DNA from: Candidatus Multivoradales bacterium | GTDB lineage: Bacteria > Acidobacteriota > Thermoanaerobaculia > Multivoradales > JAHEKO01 | Direction: 5' to 3' | DNA: 64,000 bases | NCBI GenBank assembly: GCA_965223855.1 | Contig: CBDCXM010000008.1 | Coordinates: 192,001-256,000 of the forward strand | Shown here: positions 1 through 9,983 of the stretch, piece after piece | Layout of the letters: each line of letters begins with the position of its first letter | Numbering within the stretch: position 1 is the first letter of the stretch | Translations under genes and position numbers: made by a program | The notes under the pieces: model-generated | The model's input: only the letters and a program-made list of their open reading frames with translations | Database searches by the model: none | What the model was told of the DNA's origin: nothing

Positions 1-133
1 CGCGCTGCTCCTGCGGCAGCTTTCCCGCGAGGATCGAGATGAAAATGATGTTGTCGACGCCGAGCACCAGCTCCAGCGAAGTGAGAGTCGCCAGGGCGAT
101 CCACGCCTGCGGGTCGGAGATCCAGTCGAACAC
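1..133 (-). CDS. TerC family membrane protein, N-terminal part (truncated by window edge)
   Basis: Manual translation from GTG at 133 gives MFDWISDPQAWIALATLTSLELVLGVDNIIFISILAGKLP, matching the TerC LELVLGxDN motif; GAGGAG RBS upstream. Confidence 0.88.
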   Translation of the reverse strand, partial: MFDWISDPQAWIALATLTSLELVLGVDNIIFISILAGKLPQEQR

Positions 134-182
134 TTGAAGCGCTCCTCGAGTTCAGGAAGTCAGGGACTGCAACGAAACCGGG

Positions 183-1658
183 CTACTTCGCTTCCGGCAT
201 GAACGGCCGCCACTTCGACTCGTCCGGCGCCTTCCCCAGCAGGCTGACGATCACGAGGGTCAGCACCGAGAGGATGAAGGCCGGGTAGATGATGTAGTCG
301 TAGGCGGTGTCCTGGTTGATCTGGATGAAGCCCCAGTCGAACTCCGCGCCGGCGTTGATCCACAGGGCGAAGAGGATGGTCGAGAGGATGCCGACCGCGA
401 CCGAGGCGGCACCGGCGAGCGGCGTCGCCCGCTTCCACAGGAACGCCGCCAGCAGCGCGGGCGTTACCGCCGCTCCGATCATGGTGTAGGCGTAGAGCGC
501 CATCGCCAGGATCGACTGGAACTGGGTGGTGATGAGGAGCGCCACTCCAGCCAGCACGAGGATCATCACCCGCTGGAAGGTGATCACCTGCTTCTCCGAC
601 GCTCCCGGGTTGAGGAAGCGCTGATAGATGTCGCGCGCGAGGTTCGTCGACGGCACCATCAGGAAGGTGTTGGCGGTCGAGAAGATGATCGCCGCACCGC
701 CGATCAGGAGCAGCGCACCGACGATCCACGGCAGCTGACTCGCCCCCATGGTGAGGATGATCGTCTCGCTCGCCGCCTGCGACACGCCGCCGTCGGCGTC
801 GAGGAAAGCGGGATCGTTCCAGAAGATACCGGCGCCGAAGATCGCCACCGAGTCGAGCACGGTCTCGACGAGGATGACGCCGAGGATCATGAAGATCACC
901 GCCCGCCGGGCGGTCGCGCCGTCCTTGGCGCTCATGAACTTCTGGTAGATCGAGCTCTCTCCCAGCAGCAGCAGGAAGGTCGGCAGGAAGAGGCCGATCG
1001 CCGACGCCGCGCCGAGCGAGCCGAAGAGCGAGAAGTGAGTCTCCGGCAGGGTCGTCGTCAGCTGCTCCCAGCCGCCGGCCGCCTTGAGCGCGAACGGCGC
1101 CGCGACGATCACTCCGAGCGTGATCAGGATGCCGTTGAAGAGATCGAGTGCGACGATCGACGACATGCCGGCGACGATCGTGTACGTCACCACCAGCAAG
1201 GCGATGATGACCTGCCCGGTGGTCGGATCGAGCCCGGTGAGGATGTTCAGCAGTCTGCCGCCGCCGATGAACTGGTACCCGGCGATCGTCAGGTAGGCGA
1301 TGATGATCGCGATCGTGCCGAGCACGCGGCTCATCGCGTTGTAGCGCGTCTCGAGGATGTCGGGCACCGTGAACTGGGCGATCTTGCGCACCCGCGGTGC
1401 CAGCCAGTAGACGATCAGCAGGCCGATCCACGCACCGGCACTCATCCACAGCGCCGAGAAGCCGTTGCGGAAGGCGCGGCCGGCGCCGCCGAAGAGGCTG
1501 CCGGAGCCGATCCAGGTGCACACCAGGGTGCCGACGAGGAACGTCGCCGTCACCCCGCGACCGGCCACCATGAAGTCTTCCTGCGTCTTGACGTCCTTGC
1601 CCTTGCGGACGCTGACGTAGACCAGAAACGCCAGATAGATCCCGATCGCCCAGATCAT
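183..1658 (-). CDS. Sodium:solute symporter (SSS) family protein
   Basis: FMVAGR, TWIGSGS and many TM helices; ATG at 1658 follows GAGGAG. Confidence 0.9.
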   Translation of the reverse strand: MIWAIGIYLAFLVYVSVRKGKDVKTQEDFMVAGRGVTATFLVGTLVCTWIGSGSLFGGAGRAFRNGFSALWMSAGAWIGLLIVYWLAPRVRKIAQFTVPDILETRYNAMSRVLGTIAIIIAYLTIAGYQFIGGGRLLNILTGLDPTTGQVIIALLVVTYTIVAGMSSIVALDLFNGILITLGVIVAAPFALKAAGGWEQLTTTLPETHFSLFGSLGAASAIGLFLPTFLLLLGESSIYQKFMSAKDGATARRAVIFMILGVILVETVLDSVAIFGAGIFWNDPAFLDADGGVSQAASETIILTMGASQLPWIVGALLLIGGAAIIFSTANTFLMVPSTNLARDIYQRFLNPGASEKQVITFQRVMILVLAGVALLITTQFQSILAMALYAYTMIGAAVTPALLAAFLWKRATPLAGAASVAVGILSTILFALWINAGAEFDWGFIQINQDTAYDYIIYPAFILSVLTLVIVSLLGKAPDESKWRPFMPEAK

Positions 1659-1818
1659 CGCTCGCTCCTCCTGAGGGTTGAAAACCGCCGGGAGCGTAAC
1701 AGACGGTCCGACCCGTCTCTCCACCGGCGGACTGCGGTCGACCGGCTACAATCCGGCGAACTCTCAGCAAGCCCCAATCAGCCCAGCCCTGCTCTCGAGC
1801 CGGGATCAGGAGAACGCC

Positions 1819-3735
1819 ATGGACTCGACCCCGACGAATCCCGCTCCCTACGTCGCCCCGAGCACGATCACCACCGAGGTGACGGTCCGGGCACTGCTGC
1901 TCGGCACCATCCTGTCGATCGTCATGGGGGCGGCCAACGCCTACCTCGGCCTCTACGCCGGCATGACGGTGTCCGCCTCGATCCCCGCGGCGGTGATCTC
2001 GATGGCGATCCTCCGCGGGGTCTTCCGCAGCGGTTCGATCCTCGAGAACAACATCGTGCAGACGATGGCCTCGACCGGCGAGAGCCTCGCCGCCGGGGTC
2101 ATCTTCACCGTGCCGGCGCTCATCATGGTCGGCGCCTGGCAGAACTTCGAGTTCTGGCCGACGACGCTGATCACCATGCTCGGCGGCTTGCTCGGCATTC
2201 TCTTCATGGTGCCGATGCGCAAGGCGCTGATCGTCGACCGGCCGGACCTGATCTATCCGGAGGGGGTCGCCTGCTCGGAGGTGCTGATCGTCGGCGAAGA
2301 GGCGGGACGCGACGAGAAGGCGGCTTCGGGATCGAAACTAGGCATCCGCGCGATCACCGAGGGGGTGATCGTCGGTGGGCTCTTCAAGTTCGTCTTGAAC
2401 GGACTGCACCTGGTGCACGAGACGGTCGAGACGGCGTTCGCCCGCGGCCGCTCGGTGTTCTACGCCGGCGCCGACATGAGTGTGGCGCTGCTGGCCGTCG
2501 GCTACATCGTCGACCTGCAGATCGCTTCGCTGATCACCCTCGGTGGGGTGATCGGCTGGCTGGTGATCCTGCCGATGCTCGGCGCTCCCGGCGAAGGGGT
2601 GACGGCGCTCGACCACGCCTGGGATCTGTGGTCGAGCCAGGTGCGCTACGTCGGCGTCGGCACGATGCTCGTCGGCGGCCTGTGGTCGATCTTTCAGGTG
2701 CGCAAGGGAATCGTCGCCGGGATCACCGGCCTGCGCGGGGTGAAGACCGCAGACAGCGGCGGCGAGGTGCCTCGCACCGAGCGCAACATCTCGATCACGG
2801 CGCTGCTGACGATCTTCGTCCTCACGACGCTCGCAACATTCGCGTTCTACGACTACCTTGTCGACAACATGGGCATCGCAGCCCTGACGGCGATGCTGAT
2901 GGTGATCACCTCGTTCCTGTTCGTCGCGGTGGCGACCTACATCGCCGGTCTCGTCGGCTCCTCGAACTCACCGGTGTCGGGAATGACGATCTGCGCGCTG
3001 CTGATCTCGGCCGGCGTGCTTCTCGCCCTCGGCATCCGCGGCGATTCGGCGATCCTCGCCACCCTCGGCATCGCCGGCGTCGTCTGCTGCGCCACCTGTA
3101 CCTCGGGGGACGTCGCGCAGGACCTCAAGACCGGCCTGCTGGTCGGGGCGACGCCCAAGAAGCAGCAGTGGACCGAGATCCTCGCCTGCGTCGTGACCGC
3201 CTTCTGCTTCGCCCCGATCCTGGCGCTGCTCCACAACGCCTACGTCATCGGCGAAGGGTTGCGGGCGCCGCAGGCGGCACTCTTCGCCAGTCTCACCGAG
3301 GGCTTCTTCGGTGACGCCGACCTCCCCTGGAACCTCATCGGCATCGGCGCCGCCATCGGCGTGGCCCTGATCGCCGCCAACCACTTCCTCGAGCGCTCCG
3401 GCTCGAGCTTCCGCACCCACGTCATGCCGGTCGCGGTGGGGATCTACCTGCCGCTGTCGCTCGATATCCCGATCTTCATCGGCGGCCTCCTGCGGCACTT
3501 CCTCAAGAAGCGCTCGCAGGCGGCGGAAGGGCGCGACAACGGAGTGCTGTTCGGCTCCGGCCTGATCGCCGGCGAGGCGCTGATGGGGATCGGCCTGGCG
3601 GTCGTCGTCGCCACCGGCGTCGCGCTGCCGCTCGGCTGGCTCCCCGAATCGGTGACCGGCTCGGTACTCCCATCCTTCCTCGTTTTCGGCGCGATCGTCT
3701 GGTACTACTCGCGCTGGGCGAAGCGCAGGGCCTGA
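1819..3735 (+). CDS. OPT family oligopeptide transporter
   Basis: NAYLGLYAGMTVSASIPAAV, YPEGVAC, QDLKTG and APQA motifs; AGGAG RBS before ATG 1819. Confidence 0.93.
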   Translation: MDSTPTNPAPYVAPSTITTEVTVRALLLGTILSIVMGAANAYLGLYAGMTVSASIPAAVISMAILRGVFRSGSILENNIVQTMASTGESLAAGVIFTVPALIMVGAWQNFEFWPTTLITMLGGLLGILFMVPMRKALIVDRPDLIYPEGVACSEVLIVGEEAGRDEKAASGSKLGIRAITEGVIVGGLFKFVLNGLHLVHETVETAFARGRSVFYAGADMSVALLAVGYIVDLQIASLITLGGVIGWLVILPMLGAPGEGVTALDHAWDLWSSQVRYVGVGTMLVGGLWSIFQVRKGIVAGITGLRGVKTADSGGEVPRTERNISITALLTIFVLTTLATFAFYDYLVDNMGIAALTAMLMVITSFLFVAVATYIAGLVGSSNSPVSGMTICALLISAGVLLALGIRGDSAILATLGIAGVVCCATCTSGDVAQDLKTGLLVGATPKKQQWTEILACVVTAFCFAPILALLHNAYVIGEGLRAPQAALFASLTEGFFGDADLPWNLIGIGAAIGVALIAANHFLERSGSSFRTHVMPVAVGIYLPLSLDIPIFIGGLLRHFLKKRSQAAEGRDNGVLFGSGLIAGEALMGIGLAVVVATGVALPLGWLPESVTGSVLPSFLVFGAIVWYYSRWAKRRA

Positions 3736-3761
3736 TCCGTGCAGCGCGGTTTCGCGAGGTC

Positions 3762-3790
3762 TTGATTCCCCGGAGGGCCGACGGTATCCT
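3762..3790 (+). promoter_or_regulatory. Sigma70-type promoter of tRNA-Pro
   Basis: TTGATT-N17-TATCCT upstream of the tRNA. Confidence 0.6.
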
Positions 3791-3826
3791 CCCGCGGCCC
3801 GTGGGCGCGAGCCCGCGAGGACCCGT

Positions 3827-3903
3827 CGGGGCGTAGCTCAGCCTGGTAGAGCGCACGGTTCGGGTCCGTGAGGCCGGAGGTTCAAATCCTCTCGCCCCGA
3901 CCA
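3827..3903 (+). tRNA. tRNA-Pro (anticodon CGG)
   Basis: CGGGGCG/CGCCCCG acceptor stem, CACGG-TTCGGGT-CCGTG anticodon arm, GGTTCAAATCC T-arm, encoded CCA; 77 nt. Confidence 0.97.
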
Positions 3904-4057
3904 TCTGCTTCCCCGTCGCGAATCCGGAACCGACTCGCGACGGATCGAGCCCGATCGAGGAGACCGGACCGCCGCGAGGCGTTGATTCCCCCTGCGGTAG
4001 ACTCCCCGGCACGCTTCGACACCGCCCTTCCGGGGCCATCCAACCGAGGGAAGCCAG

Positions 4058-5839
4058 ATGCCGATCACGACCCTGACCGAGATGTTCCTCGAAGGGCTGA
4101 AGCACGACAAGCCCGACTGCTTTCTCTACAAGGTTGACGGGGAGTACCGTCCGCTGTCGACCCGCGACTTCTACCGCGACGTGCGCAAGGTAGCGGCCGC
4201 CCTGCTCGAGTTCGGCGTCGAGCCGGGCGACCGGGTCGCACTGATGGCCGAGAACGGCACCCACTGGCCGACGGTCGACTACGCGACCCTGGCGGTCGGC
4301 GCCGTCCTCGTGCCGATCTACCCGACGCTGACGCCGGACCAGGCCGCCTACGTCGCCAACGACTGCGGCGCCGAGATCGTCTTCGTCCAGGGTCAGGAGC
4401 GCTACGACGGCATGCTCTCCGAGCGCGGCGACATGCCTCGCGTGCGCCGCTTCGTCGTCATCGACGCGGAGGTCGAGGCCGAAGACAGCGAGTCGTTCGC
4501 GGCGCTGCTGGCTCGCACCGAACCGCTGACCGAGGAGGCGTTCGAGGAGCACTGCGCGGGGCCGAAGCCGGAGGACCTCGCCACCTTCATCTACACCAGC
4601 GGCACCACCGGCAACCCGAAGGGGGTGATGCTGACGCACAAGAACATCACCTCGAACCTGCTGTCCGCCAGGAGGGCGATCGAGATCCGCTCGACGCATA
4701 CCGGGCTTTCGTTCCTGCCCCTTTCGCACTCCTTCGAGCGGATCGTCGACTTCATCTACTTCTTCCAGGGAGCGACGATCGCCTATGCCGAAGGGGTCCA
4801 TACGGTCGGCGAGAACCTCGCCGAGGTGCGGCCGCACTTCTTCGTCTCGGTGCCGCGGGTCTACGAGAAGGTGATCAACAAGGTGCGCGAGAACGTCGCC
4901 ACCGCGCCGGCGCTGCGACGGAAGATCTTCGCCTGGGCCGAGAAGACCGGGCGCGCCGCCTTGCCCTGGCGCCTCAAGCGCGAGCGGCCGCCGGGACTCC
5001 TGGGCATCAAGCTGGGCCTAGCCGACAAGCTGGTGTTCTCTAAGATCCGCGAGCGCCTCGGCGGCCGGTTCGAGACCGCGACGTCGGGCGGCGCGCCGCT
5101 GGCGCGCGACATCGCCGAGTTCTTCTGGGCGGCGGGAATCGAGATCTACGAGGGGTACGGCCTCTCGGAGACGTCGCCCGTACTGACGGTCAACAAGCCG
5201 CTGTGCGTCAAGCTCGGTACCGTCGGGACAGCGATCGAGGGGGTCGAACTGAAGATCGCCGAGGACGGCGAGATCCTCGCGCGCGGCCCCAACATCATGC
5301 TCGGCTACCACAATCTGCCGGAGGAGACCGCCAAGTCGATCGACCCCGACGGTTGGTTCCACACCGGCGACATCGGCGAGATCGACGACGAGGGGTTCCT
5401 CGCGATCACCGATCGCAAGAAGGAGATCATCGTCAACGCCTACGGCAAGAACGTGGCGCCGGCGCCGATCGAGAACCAGCTCAAGACCAGCCGTTTCATC
5501 GAACAGGTGGTGGTGATCGGCGACAACCACAAGTTCCTCTCCGCGCTGCTGGTGCCCGACTTCGAAGCGCTCGGCAACTGGGCAGCCAGAGAGGGCCTGC
5601 CCTCGGATCGCGCAGCGCTGCTGGCCGACGAACGCACCCGGGCGCTCTATGAAGCGGAGATCGAGAAGGTCAACGCCGACCTCGCCAAGTACGAGATGAT
5701 TCGCGCCTTCGAGCTGCTCGACCAGGAGTTCTCGATCGAGACCGGCGAGCTGACCCCGACTCAGAAGGTCAAGCGGCGGATCGTCGCCACCAAGTACGCG
5801 GCGCAGATCGACGGCATCTACGAGCGCGCCGGAGACTGA
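4058..5839 (+). CDS. fadD: Long-chain fatty acid-CoA ligase
   Basis: YTSGTTGNPKG, YEGYGLSET, GWFHTGDIG and ELTPTQKVKR motifs. Confidence 0.92.
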   Translation: MPITTLTEMFLEGLKHDKPDCFLYKVDGEYRPLSTRDFYRDVRKVAAALLEFGVEPGDRVALMAENGTHWPTVDYATLAVGAVLVPIYPTLTPDQAAYVANDCGAEIVFVQGQERYDGMLSERGDMPRVRRFVVIDAEVEAEDSESFAALLARTEPLTEEAFEEHCAGPKPEDLATFIYTSGTTGNPKGVMLTHKNITSNLLSARRAIEIRSTHTGLSFLPLSHSFERIVDFIYFFQGATIAYAEGVHTVGENLAEVRPHFFVSVPRVYEKVINKVRENVATAPALRRKIFAWAEKTGRAALPWRLKRERPPGLLGIKLGLADKLVFSKIRERLGGRFETATSGGAPLARDIAEFFWAAGIEIYEGYGLSETSPVLTVNKPLCVKLGTVGTAIEGVELKIAEDGEILARGPNIMLGYHNLPEETAKSIDPDGWFHTGDIGEIDDEGFLAITDRKKEIIVNAYGKNVAPAPIENQLKTSRFIEQVVVIGDNHKFLSALLVPDFEALGNWAAREGLPSDRAALLADERTRALYEAEIEKVNADLAKYEMIRAFELLDQEFSIETGELTPTQKVKRRIVATKYAAQIDGIYERAGD

Positions 5840-5843
5840 GACG

Positions 5844-7994
5844 ATGGAAGGCGAAGCGAAGCCCTCCCTCGTGCTGAGCGAGCCGGTCGACGGACTGGCG
5901 ACGCTCACCTTCGACACGCCGGACGCCAGGGTCAACGTCCTCGGGCGCGCAGCGATCGCCGAGCTGGAGGCGGTGATCGAGGAGCTCGAAGGGCGGGACG
6001 ACATCCAGGCGCTGGTGCTGGTCTCCGGCAAGCGATCGAACTTCATCGCCGGCGCCGATCTCGACGCGATCGAGGAGGTGACCGACCCCGCCGAGGTGAG
6101 CGAGGCCGTGCGGCTGGTGCAGAGCCTCTACTCGCGCTGGGAGCGATTGCCCTTCCCCACCATCGCGGCGATCGCCGGTTCGTGCATGGGAGGCGGCACG
6201 GAGTGGGCGCTCTCGTGCGACTCGATCGTCATCGCCGACGACCCGAAGCTGCGCATCGGCCTGCCGGAGGTGAGACTCGGCATCCTCCCCGGCTGGGGCG
6301 GCTGCGTGCGCCTGCCGGCGAGAGTCGGACTCCAGGCGGCACTCGACATCATCCTCGCCGGCAAGAGCGTCAACGCCTACAAGGCGCTCAAGATCGGCCT
6401 GGCCGACGCGAAGATGCCGTCCGCCTCCTTTGGTCACCACGTCCGCGACTTCGCCCGCCAGGTGATCGACGGCAAGGCCCCCTCGAAGGCGCGCGACACA
6501 GGTCTCAGGGACACATTGCTCGAGAAGAACCCGCTGGGGCGCAAAGTGGTCTTCGATCAGGCGCGCAAGCAGGTGCTCAAGGCGACCGGCGGACTCTACC
6601 CCGCTCCGCTGCGGGCGCTCGAGGTCGTGCGCGTCGGGGTCGAGCAAGACGCCGCGGCCGGCTTCGCCGCCGAGGCACGCACCATCTCCGAGCTCGCGGT
6701 CTCGCCGATCAGCAAGAACCTCGTACACGTCTTCCGGCTCATGGAGGGGGCCGCCAGCGGGGAGATGCGTCACGAGATCCGCCGGACGGCGGTGCTCGGC
6801 GCGGGAGTGATGGGAGGCGGCATCGCGCAGCTCCTCTCGCACGAGGGCGGGCTGCCCGTCCGACTCAAGGACCTGGCGGCCGAGCCGCTGGCTCAGGGGC
6901 TCGATCACGCCGAGGAGCTGTTCTCCAAGCTGGTCGCCCGGCGTCGCCTGACGCGGCCGCGCATGCTGCAGAAGATGAACCTCATCCGCCCGACCCTCGA
7001 CTACCGCGGCTTCGAGGCGATCGACCTCGTGGTGGAGGCGATCGTCGAGCGGCTCGACGTCAAGCAGAAGGTATTCGCCGAGCTCTCCGGCCTCGTCGGC
7101 GAGGAGGCGATCCTGGCGTCGAACACCTCGTCGCTGTCGATCGAGGCGATCGCCCGCGACACGAAGCGCCCGGAGCGGGTGATCGGAATGCACTTCTTCA
7201 ACCCGGTGCACAAGATGCCGCTCGTCGAGGTGATCGTCGCGCCGCAAACCGCTCCGGAGGTGACGGACACGATCGTCGCCCTGTGCTCTCAACTCGGCAA
7301 GACGCCGGTGGTGGTCAAGGACGGGCCCGGATTCCTCGTCAACCGGCTGCTCATGTTCTCGATGTCCGAGGCGCTCTCACTCCTGGAGGAAGGGATCTCG
7401 ATTCCCGCCCTCGACAAGGTGATGAAGGGTTGGGGGATGCCGATGGGGCCGATCACTCTCACCGACGAGGTCGGCATCGACGTCGCTCATCACGTGGCCG
7501 GCATCCTCGTCGACGCCTTCGGCGACCGCCTCGACGTGCCCGACTGGATCGGCCGCCTGGTCGACGAGGGCCGCCTCGGCGCCAAGGTCGGGCGCGGCTT
7601 CTACCGTTACGAGGACGGAAAGCGGGGCGACGTCGACCCCGCGGTCTATCCGCTCCTCGGATTGAACCCGACAGAGGACGATCCGAACCCTCAGGAGGTC
7701 GCCCACCGCATCGTGCTGCCGATGGTGAACGAGGCGGCGCGCTGTCTCGAGGAGGGCGTCGTGGGGAGCGCGGCGGAGCTCGACCTCGCCATGATCATGG
7801 GAACGGGCTTTCCCCCGTTTCGCGGCGGCCTGTGCCGCTGGGCGGACACGGAAGGCGTGGCGACCCTCGCCGAAAGGATGCAGCAGTTCGCTGCCTCCGT
7901 CGGTGAGCGCTACCGCCCCTCCTCCGCCTTCGAGAAGGTGGTCGCCGAAGGCGGCTTCTACTCGGTCCACCCCCTCGATCTCTCCTCGTCGTAA
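5844..7994 (+). CDS. fadJ: Fatty acid oxidation complex alpha subunit (enoyl-CoA hydratase/3-hydroxyacyl-CoA dehydrogenase)
   Basis: FIAGAD, GGGTE and LPEVRLG crotonase motifs; GAGVMGGG, SNTSSL and MHFFNP dehydrogenase motifs; GFPPFRGG. Confidence 0.9.
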   Translation: MEGEAKPSLVLSEPVDGLATLTFDTPDARVNVLGRAAIAELEAVIEELEGRDDIQALVLVSGKRSNFIAGADLDAIEEVTDPAEVSEAVRLVQSLYSRWERLPFPTIAAIAGSCMGGGTEWALSCDSIVIADDPKLRIGLPEVRLGILPGWGGCVRLPARVGLQAALDIILAGKSVNAYKALKIGLADAKMPSASFGHHVRDFARQVIDGKAPSKARDTGLRDTLLEKNPLGRKVVFDQARKQVLKATGGLYPAPLRALEVVRVGVEQDAAAGFAAEARTISELAVSPISKNLVHVFRLMEGAASGEMRHEIRRTAVLGAGVMGGGIAQLLSHEGGLPVRLKDLAAEPLAQGLDHAEELFSKLVARRRLTRPRMLQKMNLIRPTLDYRGFEAIDLVVEAIVERLDVKQKVFAELSGLVGEEAILASNTSSLSIEAIARDTKRPERVIGMHFFNPVHKMPLVEVIVAPQTAPEVTDTIVALCSQLGKTPVVVKDGPGFLVNRLLMFSMSEALSLLEEGISIPALDKVMKGWGMPMGPITLTDEVGIDVAHHVAGILVDAFGDRLDVPDWIGRLVDEGRLGAKVGRGFYRYEDGKRGDVDPAVYPLLGLNPTEDDPNPQEVAHRIVLPMVNEAARCLEEGVVGSAAELDLAMIMGTGFPPFRGGLCRWADTEGVATLAERMQQFAASVGERYRPSSAFEKVVAEGGFYSVHPLDLSSS

Positions 7995-8054
7995 CGACCG
8001 TTTCAAGACCTGGCCCCGATCTTGCTGCTTACCGTGCCCCGAAAGGAGCCCACC

Positions 8055-9179
8055 ATGCGCAAATCGTTCTCGAACCCCCTGTCGATCCTCGCCTTCTGTG
8101 CACTCCTCGCCCCGGCGTTCCTCGCCGCCCAGGAGACGGCAGGGAACTTCGACGCCACCGTCGAGGTGTCGGAGGTGTTGCTCGACGTCGTCGTCACCGA
8201 TCGGGACGGCAACGTCATCCTCGGCCTGGAGCCGGACGACTTCATCGTTTCCGACGGCGAGCAGGAGGTCGCGGTCAACTCCGCCACCTTCTACAGCAAT
8301 CGAGCCTTCCTCGAGTCGGCGGCGCTGGCCGAGCGGCTCGGCATCTCTCCCGACGACGTGCCGGTCGATCGCTACTTCATCCTCTTCTTCCACGACCCGC
8401 GATCGCTCTATCCGGACCTCGTCTCGGAACAGCTCGACGCCCTGCGCTGGGCGCGGCGGTGGGTCCACCAGGAGCTGCTGCCGAACGACTGGGTCGCCGT
8501 GGTGGGCTACGACTACAGTCTCAAGATCTACCAGGACTTCACCACCGACAACGAGCGGATCCTCTCCGCCCTCGACGACGTCGGCAAGGGAGGGAAGGAC
8601 CCGGGCTCGAACTGGCCTTCGCGCACCGACACTTCCGAGGGGCCGTCACTGCGAGTGAACCTGCCGCGCGGCAAGGAGCTGCGCAAGGCGACGAACAAGA
8701 TCTATGGCGCGCTCGAGACGCTCGCCGACGCCGCGGGCTACATCCGCGGCCGCAAGAACGTGCTGATGTTCAGCGCCGGCTTCGGCGAGCCGGGCGACTT
8801 CAGCGAGATCACCAACTGGGCCACCTATCGGCCGAACGAGCGCTACTACCCGCCGATGATGGAAGAGCTCAACGACTCGAACGTCGCCGTCTACACGATC
8901 TCGCTGATCAAGGAGCTCGTCTCCACTTCGGAAGCCCAGGCGATCCTCGGTAACTCGCTGAGCCTGCTCTCCGACGATACCGGCGGGCGGCACTACATGA
9001 ACTTCGTCAATTTCCGCACGCCGATGTCGGACATCGTCCAGGACAACAACGGCTACTACCTGCTCTCCTATCCCGCCGAGCATCCGCGTGGAGACAGCGG
9101 CTACCGCTCGGTGAGCGTCGAGAGCCGCAACCCGGACTTCGTCGTCAGGGCTCGCGGCGGCTACCGCTTCGGCAGCTGA
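8055..9179 (+). CDS. Exported VWA-domain protein, acidobacterial VWFA-related type
   Basis: Signal peptide, LDVVVTDRDG...L..DDF, GRKNVLMFS, TGGR, YYLLSY and ARGGY motifs; AAGGAG RBS. Confidence 0.82.
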   Translation: MRKSFSNPLSILAFCALLAPAFLAAQETAGNFDATVEVSEVLLDVVVTDRDGNVILGLEPDDFIVSDGEQEVAVNSATFYSNRAFLESAALAERLGISPDDVPVDRYFILFFHDPRSLYPDLVSEQLDALRWARRWVHQELLPNDWVAVVGYDYSLKIYQDFTTDNERILSALDDVGKGGKDPGSNWPSRTDTSEGPSLRVNLPRGKELRKATNKIYGALETLADAAGYIRGRKNVLMFSAGFGEPGDFSEITNWATYRPNERYYPPMMEELNDSNVAVYTISLIKELVSTSEAQAILGNSLSLLSDDTGGRHYMNFVNFRTPMSDIVQDNNGYYLLSYPAEHPRGDSGYRSVSVESRNPDFVVRARGGYRFGS

Positions 9180-9194
9180 GCGCGGCAGGCCTCG

Positions 9195-9224
9195 GTAGGG
9201 CGAACGGCATCGGGCCGTTCGCCC
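9195..9224. repeat. GTAG-headed palindrome (REP-like hairpin or bidirectional terminator)
   Basis: GTAG overlapping GGGCGAACGGC-ATCGG-GCCGTTCGCCC (perfect 11-bp stem) between convergent genes. Confidence 0.6.
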
Positions 9225-9248
9225 CGCTCGCTTCGCAGGGCCGAGCTG

Positions 9249-9983
9249 TCAGACCTGCAGCAGGACGACGGTGATGTTGTCCACTCCGCCGCGCTCGTTG
9301 GCCGCCGAGACGAGCTTCTCGCATCGATCCGACAGCGTCCCCCCTTCGAGGAGGATCTCGGTGATCTCCTCGTCGGTCAGCATGCCGGTCAGGCCGTCGG
9401 AGCACAGCACCAGCAGGTCGCCGTCCTTGAGCTGAACGCGGCGCAGATCCGCCTCGGCGCTCTGCTCTCCGCCGAGCGCCCGGGTGACGACACTCTTGAA
9501 CGGATGCTCTCTCGCCTGGTCCTCCGAAAGGTGACCGGCGGAGACCTGCTCGTGGACCCAGGAGTGGTCCTCCGTGAGCTGCGTCAGAGTGCTGCCGCGA
9601 AGGGCGTAGGCCCGGCTGTCGCCGATATGGCCGATGATCGCCGAGTCCTCCTCGAGCACGGTCGCGATGAGGGTGGTCCCCATGCCGCGCAGCGAGTTGT
9701 CCTGCTCTCCCGCTTTGCGGATCTGGCTGTGGGCATGAGCGATCGCGTCGCGCAGTCGCTCGGCGATCGCCCGGATCGACCGGGCGTCCTGAGATTCCTC
9801 ACCCAGAAACGCGTCGCGCACAGCCGAGGTGGCGATTCGAGAAGCGACGTGACCGTTGCCGTGACCGCCCATGCCATCGGCGACGATGAACAGGTGGTCG
9901 TCCTCCTCGACTGCGTAGCAGTCCTCGTTGCGGCTCCTAACGCGGCCGACGTCCGAGAGCCCGAAGGCTTCGAAACCGCTCAC
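9249..9983 (-). CDS. PP2C-family Ser/Thr protein phosphatase
   Basis: RSRNED, VADGMGG, GMGTT, HIGDSR, LCSDGL and DNIT motifs. Confidence 0.95.
   Translation of the reverse strand: MSGFEAFGLSDVGRVRSRNEDCYAVEEDDHLFIVADGMGGHGNGHVASRIATSAVRDAFLGEESQDARSIRAIAERLRDAIAHAHSQIRKAGEQDNSLRGMGTTLIATVLEEDSAIIGHIGDSRAYALRGSTLTQLTEDHSWVHEQVSAGHLSEDQAREHPFKSVVTRALGGEQSAEADLRRVQLKDGDLLVLCSDGLTGMLTDEEITEILLEGGTLSDRCEKLVSAANERGGVDNITVVLLQV

Noticed and set aside
3827-4057. tRNA-Pro as an island integration site
   Set aside because: No integrase and no duplicated tRNA 3' end seen in the window; flanked by ordinary genes
160-7906. Long alternative-frame or antisense ORFs (e.g. 160-1770, 1035-3314, 5769-7292, 6182-7906)
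   Set aside because: Arg/Gly/Pro-rich shadow ORFs typical of high-GC coding DNA, overlapping well-supported genes
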